A DNA stretch of 64,000 bases from Bacteroidetes bacterium GWE2_42_24 (GTDB lineage Bacteria > Bacteroidota > Bacteroidia > Bacteroidales > TTA-H9). The notes below the pieces were generated by a model. That model ran no database searches and had not been told where the DNA came from. It saw only the letters and a list, made by a program, of their open reading frames with translations. Below are positions 30,201-38,726 of this stretch, in pieces. The DNA is taken from contig MEOA01000012.1 in the NCBI GenBank assembly GCA_001768515.1, forward strand, positions 9,275 through 73,274, given 5' to 3'. Within the stretch, counting starts at the first letter, position 1. The number at the start of each line of letters is the position of its first letter. The translations under genes and the position numbers were made by a program.

Positions 30201-30380
30201 CCCGGGATAAACCCCAATGACCAATCCCTGACGAATCGTAAATTCAGGAAACTCTTCCCGTGGCATTTTCATCAGACCATATATACCGAATCCAACCATC
30301 AGGACCACGATGGCGATGATGATTTGCCGATTAACCATCGCCGCTTCAATCCAGCTTAATTTTCTTTTTAGCGTGTTCAT
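27297..30380 (-). CDS. RND efflux transporter permease (AcrB/HAE1-like)
   Basis: 1027 aa with the 12-TM, two-large-loop architecture and conserved TM4/TM10-like regions (..ALIIVLGMVVDNSIVV.., ..GIMGLCGMVVRNGILLVD..). Its start overlaps the MFP stop by 4 nt. Confidence 0.95.
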   Translation of the reverse strand: MNTLKRKLSWIEAAMVNRQIIIAIVVLMVGFGIYGLMKMPREEFPEFTIRQGLVIGVYPGATSQEVEEQLTTKVENYLFGFKEVKKAKTYSHSREGMMIIYVELEDDVVNADQFWSKLNNGLNTLKMSLPTGVAALMTNSDFGDTSALLITLTSDTRSNKELEQMLTRLEAEIRKIPAVGKVKHSGLQKEKIFVTVDPARINQYNVKPLMVMATLQTNGMNGYAGDFDNGVQKMPLHVPARISAEADLGNQMVYADPDGNVIRLKDVATIERGYDDPSEYIRSDGRSAVLLSLEMQPGNNIVDFGKQVNEVLDHFQAENEGSVHLQVINNLPQVVDDSISNFMREFLMAVIAVILVTMLLLPFRVAMVAAITIPISILMGIGLLFLMGVELHTVSLAALIIVLGMVVDNSIVVIDDHVEKLDHGLSPWKAAWMSAHHLFVPVLTATMAINVAFFPMMYLLTGTAGDFIGSFPITIAITLSISMLVAILLVPTINYFLIRKGLKSEQSAKRRFDFLTLFQGWYDKLLDSAFRNRWITMGVGGVVVLAGFVIFSIIPQQLFPTLERNQFAVEVSLPTGASIHQTDKIIDSLERILMADTRVVHVTSFLGSGSPRFHMAYAPKAPASNYGQIIVNTTSNEATDDLLNEYSDRYTDYFAGAHVKFKQLELTMTTSPIEIRFSGDSIAALKAACEKAEEVLRTQKDFIWIRDDWGDPLAGIQIEAMADQTGRLGLTRAILGSSMLTTTEGLPLTTIWEGDYPVDVVLYTPSSDEVSDLGNQYITPPLTMQPVPLRTIATLNPDYQESTIVRRNGKRTITLSTDVARGVVPSTLLNAVQPSLDKLELPAGVSMEYGGDTEGAVETFTPMVYSLVISILIIFFILLFQFHKVNKTIIIMSGMLLAFPGAALGLWIAGYPFGLTAFIGIMGLCGMVVRNGIILVDYIEELSNEQGMSMRDAAIAAGKRRMRPIFLTSAAAAVGVIPMILSKSLLWGPLGTVICFGLSVAMVLTLVIMPVLYAMVFSDVKQSVIPE

Positions 30381-31441
30381 AGCGTAACTTTACACTGAGG
30401 GTAAATTTTTTCCTTTCCTTTCACAACCACTTCGTCACCTGCTACCAGGCCCTTCAGAATTGTGATGTCATTTCCCAGATAGGGTCCGGTGACCACGCTT
30501 CTCCGGTCAACTTTCATGGTTGCATGGTCGAGCAGGTACACCTGTGGTTTTCCGTGGGAATCAGTCGTAATTGCAGTAGCGGGGATTGTCAGCACACTGT
30601 CGGTTACCATACCATCCAGATTCACATCGCAAACCATTCCTGGCAGTAAGTGCAATCCGGGGTTACCCACTTCAATCTTGATTTCGTAAGTACGTGAGAT
30701 CATGTTGGCCGACACACCAATGTTTTTCACTATCCCGGCGTATTGTTTATTCCCCAGAGCACGCACAATTATGGTGGCTGGCGCATTTTTACTGACCAAA
30801 GGTATTTCCTGTTCAGGTACTGCAATTTTCACCAACACTTTGTTGATGTCTATGAGCGTGAAAGGAGCCTCTACCTGAATAGAACTCATTCCGGGTTCTG
30901 CACTCCGGGTTCCGATGATTCCGGCCTCCGGCGCATACAGCGATGCTTTCTTCAGATTGTTATCTGCCAGATTCAACATTGCTTTGGCTTGTTCTAAACC
31001 TGTGGTAACCTCCACCCATTTAACATCGGTCAGACTTCCACTTTCATGAACAGGTTTCAAACGGTTATATGCATCGAGTGCCCGCTGGTAGGTAGCATTC
31101 GAAGTGCTTCGGGCATTTGTAAAATCAGTGGCATCAAGCGTGGCAAGTAAGGTTCCTGCTTTCACTGCGTCACCCTCATTCACATAAACTTTTTCAATGG
31201 TGCCTGCGCCTTGAAAACTTAATGGCGTTGTCCGCTGAGGCTCTATGGTTCCATTATACTTGAAGGCCACTTGCCGGCCAGCGATGATGGCGGGAGCTAC
31301 TTCTATCCTTACTGGTTGTCGTCCGGCTTCCTTTTCATTTACCTGTCCTCCTGTCCCCGTACAGGCAGTAGCCAGCGGGAAAAACATCAGCCACATCCAG
31401 CGGAACGCCGGATTACATTTCTTTGGTTTTGTCATGTTCAT
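30377..31441 (-). CDS. RND efflux periplasmic adaptor (membrane fusion protein)
   Basis: Has a lipoprotein-type signal (..FFPLATAC) and a lipoyl-like hairpin (GTIEKVYVNEGDAVKAGTLLATLD ... LYAPEAGIIG). Confidence 0.9.
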   Translation of the reverse strand: MNMTKPKKCNPAFRWMWLMFFPLATACTGTGGQVNEKEAGRQPVRIEVAPAIIAGRQVAFKYNGTIEPQRTTPLSFQGAGTIEKVYVNEGDAVKAGTLLATLDATDFTNARSTSNATYQRALDAYNRLKPVHESGSLTDVKWVEVTTGLEQAKAMLNLADNNLKKASLYAPEAGIIGTRSAEPGMSSIQVEAPFTLIDINKVLVKIAVPEQEIPLVSKNAPATIIVRALGNKQYAGIVKNIGVSANMISRTYEIKIEVGNPGLHLLPGMVCDVNLDGMVTDSVLTIPATAITTDSHGKPQVYLLDHATMKVDRRSVVTGPYLGNDITILKGLVAGDEVVVKGKEKIYPQCKVTL

Positions 31442-31497
31442 GTTTAATCTAATTATGATTTGATTATGTCTGTCGGCTTATTTAATGCATCATCCTA

Positions 31498-31513
31498 TCC
31501 CAAGAATGTGCCA
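31498..31513 (-). promoter_or_regulatory. Candidate sigma-54 (-24/-12) promoter for the RND operon
   Basis: The minus strand reads TGGCACattctTGGGA. The -24 TGGCAC is perfect. The conserved G of the -12 element sits at the canonical spacing, but the dinucleotide is GG rather than GC. The predicted TSS is about 45 nt upstream of ATG 31441, and a sigma-54 activator gene is divergent. Confidence 0.35.
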
Positions 31514-31589
31514 GTTTCTCCCTCTGATATAAAATTAAACATATAAAACTGATATTCAACAATATTTAACTAATTTAAAAATATACACA

Positions 31590-31638
31590 TTTCTTAAATA
31601 AAAGAAATAGTAATTTTGCACTTCTTTTATTTAAGAAA
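31590..31638. promoter_or_regulatory. Pair of 18-bp dyad sites (TTTCTT-N6-AAGAAA), candidate activator binding sites (UAS)
   Basis: The two sites are 31590-31607 (TTTCTTAAATAAAAGAAA) and 31621-31638 (cTTCTTTTATTTAAGAAA). They are 17-nt perfect reverse complements of each other, with centres 31 bp apart. They lie 85-120 bp upstream of the putative -24 box and directly before the regulator ATG (31647). Confidence 0.5.
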
Positions 31639-31646
31639 TAGTTGAC

Positions 31647-33764
31647 ATGTACGAAACAGAACCATTAGTTACGATTGGAGAGGCCATCGCTACAATTCAG
31701 GAAAAGGAAACACTCTTCCAGACCATTCATAGCCAACTGAAAAAATGGTTTGATTATCATCTTTGCGGTATAATTCAGATAGATACTGAAAAAGGGATCG
31801 GGAATGTATTTTGGACCGGGTCAGAAATTCCAGCCGGAATCAGAGCAGAACTGAGACACCCGATGGATTTTCAGATCAACCTCCTGTCTGCCCCCCCGCT
31901 TCTCTTCGACTTTGAAGCACCAAAAGTCATCAGAACATCATTTGAGGTCAGCAATTTTCCTGAGGAATTCTCAGATTCGGCTGAAGCAATCAAAGTCATA
32001 GGAGTTGTTGAAACGGTGTATATACCCCTGCTGTTTGGAGGCATCCTTCAGGGCTTTTTAATTCTTGGGTGTCGAAAACCAATGTCGATTCCTGACGATC
32101 AATTTCCTCTTTTGCTGGCAATCGGCAATCTTATGGCAAGCGCGGTCATCAACACCCGTAATTATCAAGAGATAAAGCAACGGCAGCAATTTTTCAGCTT
32201 CCAATTAGAATTTACCAATAAAATTCTTTCGGTCATCAACCAACCCGATGTTTTCCTTCACCTCGCTTACGAATTAAACACCCGGGTAGAATTTGACTTC
32301 TTCAACATCGTGGTCGTAAGTAATACTTTTGAAGCCAACCTCGAAGTAAGTTTCCTGAAAGATACCGACGGGGTTTTCCGGTTCTTTCGACTCCCCGAAG
32401 GGGTCATGCTGGATGCCAACGAGATAACCCGCCACATCGACATCTTCAATTCAAAGCAAAAAGTGCTCCGGCTTAACGATGAAGACATCAATATGATCGC
32501 CTCCAAAAAGGAATACCAGAGCCACCTGCTAAACAAGCTACCACTGAATGGTGGCGTATTTGTTTCGCTCCGCTCCGATGCCGATGCCGAGATTATTTTC
32601 TTTCTGGGAAGCAGCAAGCACGATTCGTTCACACCGACTGAACTGGAACTGCTTCAACTTATGGTACCCCAGCTCCAGTTGATCCTCGAAAACTACTACG
32701 CCTTCGCGGAGATCAACACCTTACGCAGCCAACTGGAGCAGGAAAAACTCTCGTTACTTGGTGAAATGAGCGAAAAGATGCACGGCAAAGGTTTCATCGC
32801 CCGAAGTGATGCCATGATAGCCACCCTGCGTCGCGTAAAACAGGTTGCCCCCATTGATACCACCGTCCTGATACAGGGGGAGACAGGTGTCGGCAAAGAA
32901 CTGGTGGCCGTCGCCTTACACAACAACTCTTCGCGCACCAAAGGCCCCCTGATTAAAGTAAACTGCGCGGCCCTGCCTTCACAATTAATCGAATCAGAAT
33001 TGTTTGGCCATGAGAAAGGAAGCTTTACCGGTGCTACGGAACGAAGAATCGGAAAGTTTGAGCTGGCAAACGGGGGAACGATATTTCTGGATGAAATCGG
33101 AGAACTTCCTCTGGAAGTTCAGGCCAAGCTTTTACGCGTGATCCAGGAAAAGGAATTTGAAAGGATTGGCGGCCGTTCGGTCATTCGCACCGATGTCAGA
33201 ATCATCGCCGCAACAAACCGTAATCTCGAGAATGAGTCGGCACAAGGGAGATTCCGTTCCGACCTCTTCTATCGCCTCAATGTATTTCCAATCGACATCC
33301 CTCCACTCAGAGACCGTCGCGATGACATCCCTGAATTTGTAAACTTTTTCATCGAATTTTATTGCCGCCGCATCGGGAAACCCGTCATGAGAGTCAATGA
33401 ACCTGACCTCATGCGTCTGCTCGATTACCAATGGCCCGGCAACGTCAGGGAACTTGAACACATCATCGAACGCTCAGTTGTGATCAGTAACGGCTCTTTT
33501 CTCGACCTGGCAGATTTCAGACCTGCTCCTCACCTGCAGAAAATCAGCAACCAGCTTCAAAACTTTAAAACGCTGGAAGAACTGGAAACCGAACACATAC
33601 TGCAGGCCCTTGAACTAACACAGGGAAGGGTGAGTGGTGAAAAGGGCGCTGCCAGGCTTTTAGGCATAAATGGCAAGACCCTCGATTCCCGGATGAGGAA
33701 ACTGGGAATGAGGCGCGAAATCAAAATTAAAGTTGAAAGAATCTCCCGTAACGAAGGTGATTAG
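31647..33764 (+). CDS. Sigma-54-dependent transcriptional activator (bEBP) with N-terminal GAF-like sensory region, no receiver domain
   Basis: 705 aa. It has Walker A (GETGVGKE), the GAFTGA loop as GSFTGA, Walker B (IFLDEIGEL) and WPGNVRELE. The C-terminal Fis-type HTH is AARLLGINGKTLDSRMRKLG. Confidence 0.9.
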   Translation: MYETEPLVTIGEAIATIQEKETLFQTIHSQLKKWFDYHLCGIIQIDTEKGIGNVFWTGSEIPAGIRAELRHPMDFQINLLSAPPLLFDFEAPKVIRTSFEVSNFPEEFSDSAEAIKVIGVVETVYIPLLFGGILQGFLILGCRKPMSIPDDQFPLLLAIGNLMASAVINTRNYQEIKQRQQFFSFQLEFTNKILSVINQPDVFLHLAYELNTRVEFDFFNIVVVSNTFEANLEVSFLKDTDGVFRFFRLPEGVMLDANEITRHIDIFNSKQKVLRLNDEDINMIASKKEYQSHLLNKLPLNGGVFVSLRSDADAEIIFFLGSSKHDSFTPTELELLQLMVPQLQLILENYYAFAEINTLRSQLEQEKLSLLGEMSEKMHGKGFIARSDAMIATLRRVKQVAPIDTTVLIQGETGVGKELVAVALHNNSSRTKGPLIKVNCAALPSQLIESELFGHEKGSFTGATERRIGKFELANGGTIFLDEIGELPLEVQAKLLRVIQEKEFERIGGRSVIRTDVRIIAATNRNLENESAQGRFRSDLFYRLNVFPIDIPPLRDRRDDIPEFVNFFIEFYCRRIGKPVMRVNEPDLMRLLDYQWPGNVRELEHIIERSVVISNGSFLDLADFRPAPHLQKISNQLQNFKTLEELETEHILQALELTQGRVSGEKGAARLLGINGKTLDSRMRKLGMRREIKIKVERISRNEGD

Positions 33765-34720
33765 CACCCCTTTTCCTCCCCAGCCTTACCGCTGGTCCTT
33801 CGACAGGCTTCCACATTTCGCATAAAACGCTGGTAACCTGTCCGGTGAATTGGAGTCTTTCTGAAGTATTCAAGAAATTCATTGTGCGATAGCGATTGCC
33901 AGCCTGCACGATCAAGTTGGCTTAACACACTGTTTACCTCTCCAATCGGGCGTCGGGCTCCTCTTGGTCTTCGATTCCATGGGCACACCTCCTGACAGAT
34001 ATCGCACCCAAAAATCCAATCGTTATTTTTCTCAGATACAGCCTGATCAATTTCCCCCTTATTTTCGATGGTATGATAGGCGATACATTTGCGGGCATCA
34101 AGACGACCTGGTGCCACGAGTGCCTCTGTTGGACATTTCTCAAGACACTTGTTGCAGGAAGGGGGACAATGGTCAGCCATTACAGGAAGATCAGCTACCA
34201 ATGCAAGCCGACTAAAGATGACCGAGATAAAATAATAGGAGCCACCCCCGGGAACAATCAGGCAACTGTTGCGTCCAATCCACCCCAGACCGGCACGGGC
34301 AGCCAGCGCACGCTCTGCAACAGGACCTGTATCTGTATACGACTTTATTGCTCCTTCAGGCCACAAGACATTGATATTTTCAGATAATTGGGACAGCCTT
34401 TGCCTGATAGCATCATGGTAATCGACTTTGTAGCGGGCATAGTTCGCTATCTTTAACGAACCTTCCCTGTAACCACTACTGGTATGATATCCTGTTAACA
34501 ACACAATGACAGACCGTGCTTCAGGGACAAGCAATCCAGGATTAGTCCTTACATCCGGCTTTCGTTCCATCCAACCCATCGACCCATGAAAACCATCACA
34601 AAGCCACGATATTAGTCTTTCAGAATCTTCATTCAACGGTTCAGTACCTGTGAATCCACAGAAGTCGAAGCCGGCTTCAAGCGCCAGACGGCGAATGGTT
34701 TGTTGGACGGTATCTGACAT
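33761..34720 (-). CDS. queG: tRNA epoxyqueuosine(34) reductase
   Basis: 319 aa with ferredoxin-type clusters (CPPSCNKCLEKCP and CDICQEVCPWN) and the QueG N-terminal pattern. Its 3' end overlaps the convergent bEBP gene by 4 nt. Confidence 0.9.
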   Translation of the reverse strand: MSDTVQQTIRRLALEAGFDFCGFTGTEPLNEDSERLISWLCDGFHGSMGWMERKPDVRTNPGLLVPEARSVIVLLTGYHTSSGYREGSLKIANYARYKVDYHDAIRQRLSQLSENINVLWPEGAIKSYTDTGPVAERALAARAGLGWIGRNSCLIVPGGGSYYFISVIFSRLALVADLPVMADHCPPSCNKCLEKCPTEALVAPGRLDARKCIAYHTIENKGEIDQAVSEKNNDWIFGCDICQEVCPWNRRPRGARRPIGEVNSVLSQLDRAGWQSLSHNEFLEYFRKTPIHRTGYQRFMRNVEACRRTSGKAGEEKGC

Positions 34721-34733
34721 AGGTTTCTGTTTC

Positions 34734-35768
34734 TCATTCCAGTTCCAATCGTCCCTGATTTCCTGTTGGTGGCATCATTCGTTTCAGGTGCTTATAGGCT
34801 AAGGGTGTTACTTCACGTCCGCGGGGGGTTCGCTGGATGAATCCTTCCTGAATCAGAAATGGCTCATACACCTCCTCGATAGTGCCTGCATCTTCTCCAA
34901 CACTGGTAGCGATGGTGGTCAATCCTACCGGGCCTCCGCCAAATTTGTCGATGATGGCAGTCAGGATGCGGTTATCCATCTCATCGAGTCCATGCTGATC
35001 GACATTCAACGCAGTCAACGAATATTTCACAATTTCCATATCAATGCTTCCCGTTCCGCGTATTTGGGCAAAGTCACGCACCCTTCGCAACAAAAGGTTC
35101 GCGATACGGGGGGTACCCCTGCTTCGCCTAGCAATTTCAAGGGCTGCGTTTGAAGCAATTTCAACCCTCAGGATAGCTGATGAACGCATCACAATGCGAG
35201 CCAGCGTATCTGAATCGTAGTATGAGAGACGAGCATTGATTCCAAACCGACTTCGCAAAGGAGCGGTCAGAAGGCCACTACGCGTGGTGGCTCCAATGAG
35301 TGTAAAAGGATTCAAAGCAATCTGAACACTTCGCGCATTGGGGCCCGTCTCGATCATAATGTCGATCTTATAATCCTCCATCGCCGAATAGAGGTATTCT
35401 TCTATTACAGAACTTAGCCGGTGTATTTCATCAATAAACAGGACATCATTGGGCTCTAAATTTGTGAGCAACCCAGCAAGATCACCGGGCTTATCAAGTA
35501 CCGGGCCCGACGACATCTTAATTCCAACACCCAGTTCATTAGCGATAATATACGAAAGGGTCGTTTTACCCAAACCCGGAGGTCCATGCAGCAAGACATG
35601 ATCGAGGGCTTCGCCACGCTGCCGTGCTGCTGCAACAAAAACACTCAGGTTGTCCACCACCTGGGGTTGTCCCGAAAAGTCATCAAAGCTGAGTGGCCTG
35701 AGGGCTTTTTCCAACTCACGTTCAGCCGGAGAAAGGGCATTTCCGCTTGCATCAAGATTCTGATTCAT
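34734..35768 (-). CDS. ruvB: Holliday junction branch migration helicase RuvB
   Basis: Has [12 protein letters not shown], Walker A (GPPGLGKTT), Walker B (LFIDEIHRL) and a sensor/winged-helix C-terminus. An alternative upstream ATG lies at 35807. Confidence 0.95.
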   Translation of the reverse strand: MNQNLDASGNALSPAERELEKALRPLSFDDFSGQPQVVDNLSVFVAAARQRGEALDHVLLHGPPGLGKTTLSYIIANELGVGIKMSSGPVLDKPGDLAGLLTNLEPNDVLFIDEIHRLSSVIEEYLYSAMEDYKIDIMIETGPNARSVQIALNPFTLIGATTRSGLLTAPLRSRFGINARLSYYDSDTLARIVMRSSAILRVEIASNAALEIARRSRGTPRIANLLLRRVRDFAQIRGTGSIDMEIVKYSLTALNVDQHGLDEMDNRILTAIIDKFGGGPVGLTTIATSVGEDAGTIEEVYEPFLIQEGFIQRTPRGREVTPLAYKHLKRMMPPTGNQGRLELE

Positions 35769-36176
35769 AGAAAAATAATTACCAGCAACAGGAATAGATG
35801 TTTCCATACCGCCAAATGCAAAGGTAGTGACAGAATTTCAATTCACCACGCCAGGTGTCAACACAACAGTCCCCTGTCATGATCACGTGAACACACCCTA
35901 CCAGCAGGAATAGCAACATGTTCGGCCCCAATAGCATTATGATCCGGTGAAATAATAAGACTTAAGCAAACCAGCCGTCAGGCCCTGACAGAAGCTGCAA
36001 AAGCTATAAAATGATTACCAATGATGAAATCAGGAGTAACTGCTTTTTTTTCGATGGCAGGGTCAGTAAGGTATCGTTTCAGTCAGTATTAGTTGTAATT
36101 TAGCAAAACAATATGAAAAGATGTCATCGGGAAGGAGGATTGATGGTGATTTTCTTTTCAGAAAAACCGTAAAGCC

Positions 36177-37010
36177 ATGAAACAGATATTAACAGCCATC
36201 GACTTTTCGCCCGAATCGATTTGTTCGCTCGAGTTTTCGATCGGATTGGCTAATCGTACGGGCGCAGGGCTTACGCTGGTCTGGGTTGATCATCAGACTG
36301 AACGTGAGTCAATATATGAAACTGTTAAGAATGAGCTACGCAATGAAGCCCGTGAACAGTTTGAGGAACTTGTTGGCCGTTATGGCAAAAAAATCCACAC
36401 CGGCCGAATCTTCTACAAACTTCGTAAAGGTAAAGTTTATCAGGAGGTTTCACGTCAGGCCATCCTAAGCGAAGCCGATATCATTGTAGCCGGGACGCAC
36501 GGTGTAAGTGGTTATGAAGAAGGATGGATTGGAAGCAATGCATATCGGATCGTATCACATTCGCCCTGTCCGGTGATTACACTGCGTCACGATGCAGATG
36601 CCGAACGACGCATCGACTCCATCGTGATGCCCGTCGACAGCACATTAGAGACGCTTCACAAACTGCCTTTCACCCTGGAGTTTGCCAAAAGTGTAGAGGC
36701 GATGGTACACATCGCCGCTATGATGACAGTCTCTACCAAATCGCTCAGAACCAAAATTGAGAACTACTCAAGAAAAGCAGCAGGAGAAGCTCGTAAAATG
36801 GGAGTTGAAACTGTTATTTCGGTTGTTGAAACCGACAATCTGGTGAAAGGACTCCTTGACTACACAAGTAATGTGGGGGCTCAGCTTATCAGCATCATGA
36901 CTGAACAGGGAAATGCCGGATCAAATATCATCGGCCCGTTTGCACGCCAGGTGGTCAATGACTCCCCTGTTCCTGTACTCAGTATTCAGCCCGGCCAGTT
37001 AAAAGTTTAG
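36177..37010 (+). CDS. Universal stress protein, tandem UspA domains
   Basis: 277 aa containing VAGTHGVSGYEEGWIGSNAYRIVSHSPCPVITLR, plus a second USP half. It is a paralogue of 37535..38383. Confidence 0.85.
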   Translation: MKQILTAIDFSPESICSLEFSIGLANRTGAGLTLVWVDHQTERESIYETVKNELRNEAREQFEELVGRYGKKIHTGRIFYKLRKGKVYQEVSRQAILSEADIIVAGTHGVSGYEEGWIGSNAYRIVSHSPCPVITLRHDADAERRIDSIVMPVDSTLETLHKLPFTLEFAKSVEAMVHIAAMMTVSTKSLRTKIENYSRKAAGEARKMGVETVISVVETDNLVKGLLDYTSNVGAQLISIMTEQGNAGSNIIGPFARQVVNDSPVPVLSIQPGQLKV

Positions 37011-37097
37011 TCAAACGGGGCAAACAAATGCCGGCAAAATGAAATAATGCATCGTAAACACCCGTTAACCCTCAAAACTGAACCAGATACTCTCTCA

Positions 37098-37514
37098 ATG
37101 AAACCCGCTATTTACATCTTGTCCGTTATCTTTATCTGTCTCACAGTAACCCTGTCAAACGCGCAATCTGCGCCGGGTACCCTCGTGATAAAGCAGGATG
37201 CACGAATCGACACGCTGTTGGTTCGTCATATTGAGAACAACAAAGCCAACCCAACCACCGAAGGCTGGCGTGTGCAGGTCTATTTCGAATCGGGAAACAA
37301 CTCGAAGCAATTGGCAACCAATGCCCGTGACCGCTTCATTGAGCTTTTTCCCGAACAAGGAGCCTATCTGACTTTCAATGAACCCTACTATAAAGTCAGG
37401 GTCGGTGATTTCAGGACGCGTATGGATGCTGAAGGCTTCCGGCAAATGGTGATCACCGAGTTTCCAAACGCATATGTAGTGCCTGATAAGGTAATGTACG
37501 ATAAGTTAAAATAA
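37098..37514 (+). CDS. SPOR domain-containing protein
   Basis: ATG 37098 gives a signal/TM segment (MKPAIYILSVIFICLTVTLSNAQ). The C-terminal SPOR pattern is GWRVQVYFESGNNSKQLA...YYKVRVGDFRTRMDAEGF. Confidence 0.8.
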   Translation: MKPAIYILSVIFICLTVTLSNAQSAPGTLVIKQDARIDTLLVRHIENNKANPTTEGWRVQVYFESGNNSKQLATNARDRFIELFPEQGAYLTFNEPYYKVRVGDFRTRMDAEGFRQMVITEFPNAYVVPDKVMYDKLK

Positions 37515-37534
37515 AATCATCAAATCATTTTGTT

Positions 37535-38383
37535 ATGAGAAACGAGATTGTAGTAGCCATCGACTTTTCTCTCTGTTCAATCAATGCGCTTGAACATGCC
37601 ATCAGTATCGCCAAATTATCGAAAAGCAATGTCGTGATGGTATTTGTACACAACCCCAACAAACCCCAGCGCACCATTTACAAGTATTCCGACCCTATCG
37701 ATGAAGCCACCAAACTTTTCGAGGAACTCTCGGAACGCTATCAGAGCCAGTTGCCCGACAGCCGGCTGATTTACCGGATCCGTGAAGGTAAAGTATATCA
37801 GGAGGTGGTTGGCGAAGCACGTGAACGTGATGCGTGGCTTGTCGTTGCTGGAACACACGGAGCATCCGGTTTTGAAGAATTCTGGATGGGAAGCAACGCC
37901 TTCCGGATCGTATCGAATGCGCCATGTCCGGTTATTACCATCCGGGAGGGCATACACGTCGATCATGTCCTTAAACGTATCATCCTCCCCATAGATCACA
38001 CCCTCGAAACGAGGCAAAAAGTTCCCATTGCATGCAAACTGGCTCAACTGTTCGATGCCGAAATTCATGTACTGGCCACCTACGCTGCATCATCGCACGA
38101 AATAATGGTAACCACCAACCATTATGCCCAGCAATCCATCAATTATCTCCAAAAGGCCAATGTGAAAATGGTGAAGGCCTCCGTCAAGGGAAAGAATATG
38201 CTGGAAAACACTATCAATTACGCGAAGAAAGTTGATGCTAACCTCATCATCATCATGACCGAACAGGATGCCAAGATGACAAATCTGTTCCTGGGACCCT
38301 ATGCCCAGCAGATGGTGAACAGGTCACCTTTCCCGGTGATGTGTGTCCACTCGAAAGAGCTAATCCGCGTGCTGACAGCATAA
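37535..38383 (+). CDS. Universal stress protein, tandem UspA domains
   Basis: 282 aa containing VAGTHGASGFEEFWMGSNAFRIVSNAPCPVITIR. It is clearly paralogous to 36177..37010. Confidence 0.85.
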   Translation: MRNEIVVAIDFSLCSINALEHAISIAKLSKSNVVMVFVHNPNKPQRTIYKYSDPIDEATKLFEELSERYQSQLPDSRLIYRIREGKVYQEVVGEARERDAWLVVAGTHGASGFEEFWMGSNAFRIVSNAPCPVITIREGIHVDHVLKRIILPIDHTLETRQKVPIACKLAQLFDAEIHVLATYAASSHEIMVTTNHYAQQSINYLQKANVKMVKASVKGKNMLENTINYAKKVDANLIIIMTEQDAKMTNLFLGPYAQQMVNRSPFPVMCVHSKELIRVLTA

Positions 38384-38399
38384 AAAATAAACCATCCTG

Positions 38400-38436
38400 C
38401 TCCCCTGAATAATCATTAATTCAGGGGAGTTTTTTT
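38400..38436 (+). terminator. Rho-independent terminator after the second USP gene
   Basis: CTCCCCTGAAT-aatcatta-ATTCAGGGGAG forms an 11-bp stem. It is followed by TTTTTTT. Confidence 0.8.
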
Positions 38437-38726
38437 ATGGATATCCCAGCGCGGGGCTTTCTTCTCAGGCGCACTGGATCAGAAGCTGCGCTATAACTAT
38501 TCACGAAATGATTTAATTCGCTCCCAGGGATTTTTTACCACCGAAAAATATGCTATGCATCCGATGTTACCCTGAGTAGCCAGGTCACAACCGGAGCGTT
38601 ATTTGCTAATGGATTATTATTCTTTGTGTATGCCTGAAAGATAAGTGAGTGATTGGCATTACAAGTAATAAATTGGCTGAGGGATGAGATCCCTGCAGAA
38701 TCCCAATTTCTAATTACTATACAGAA

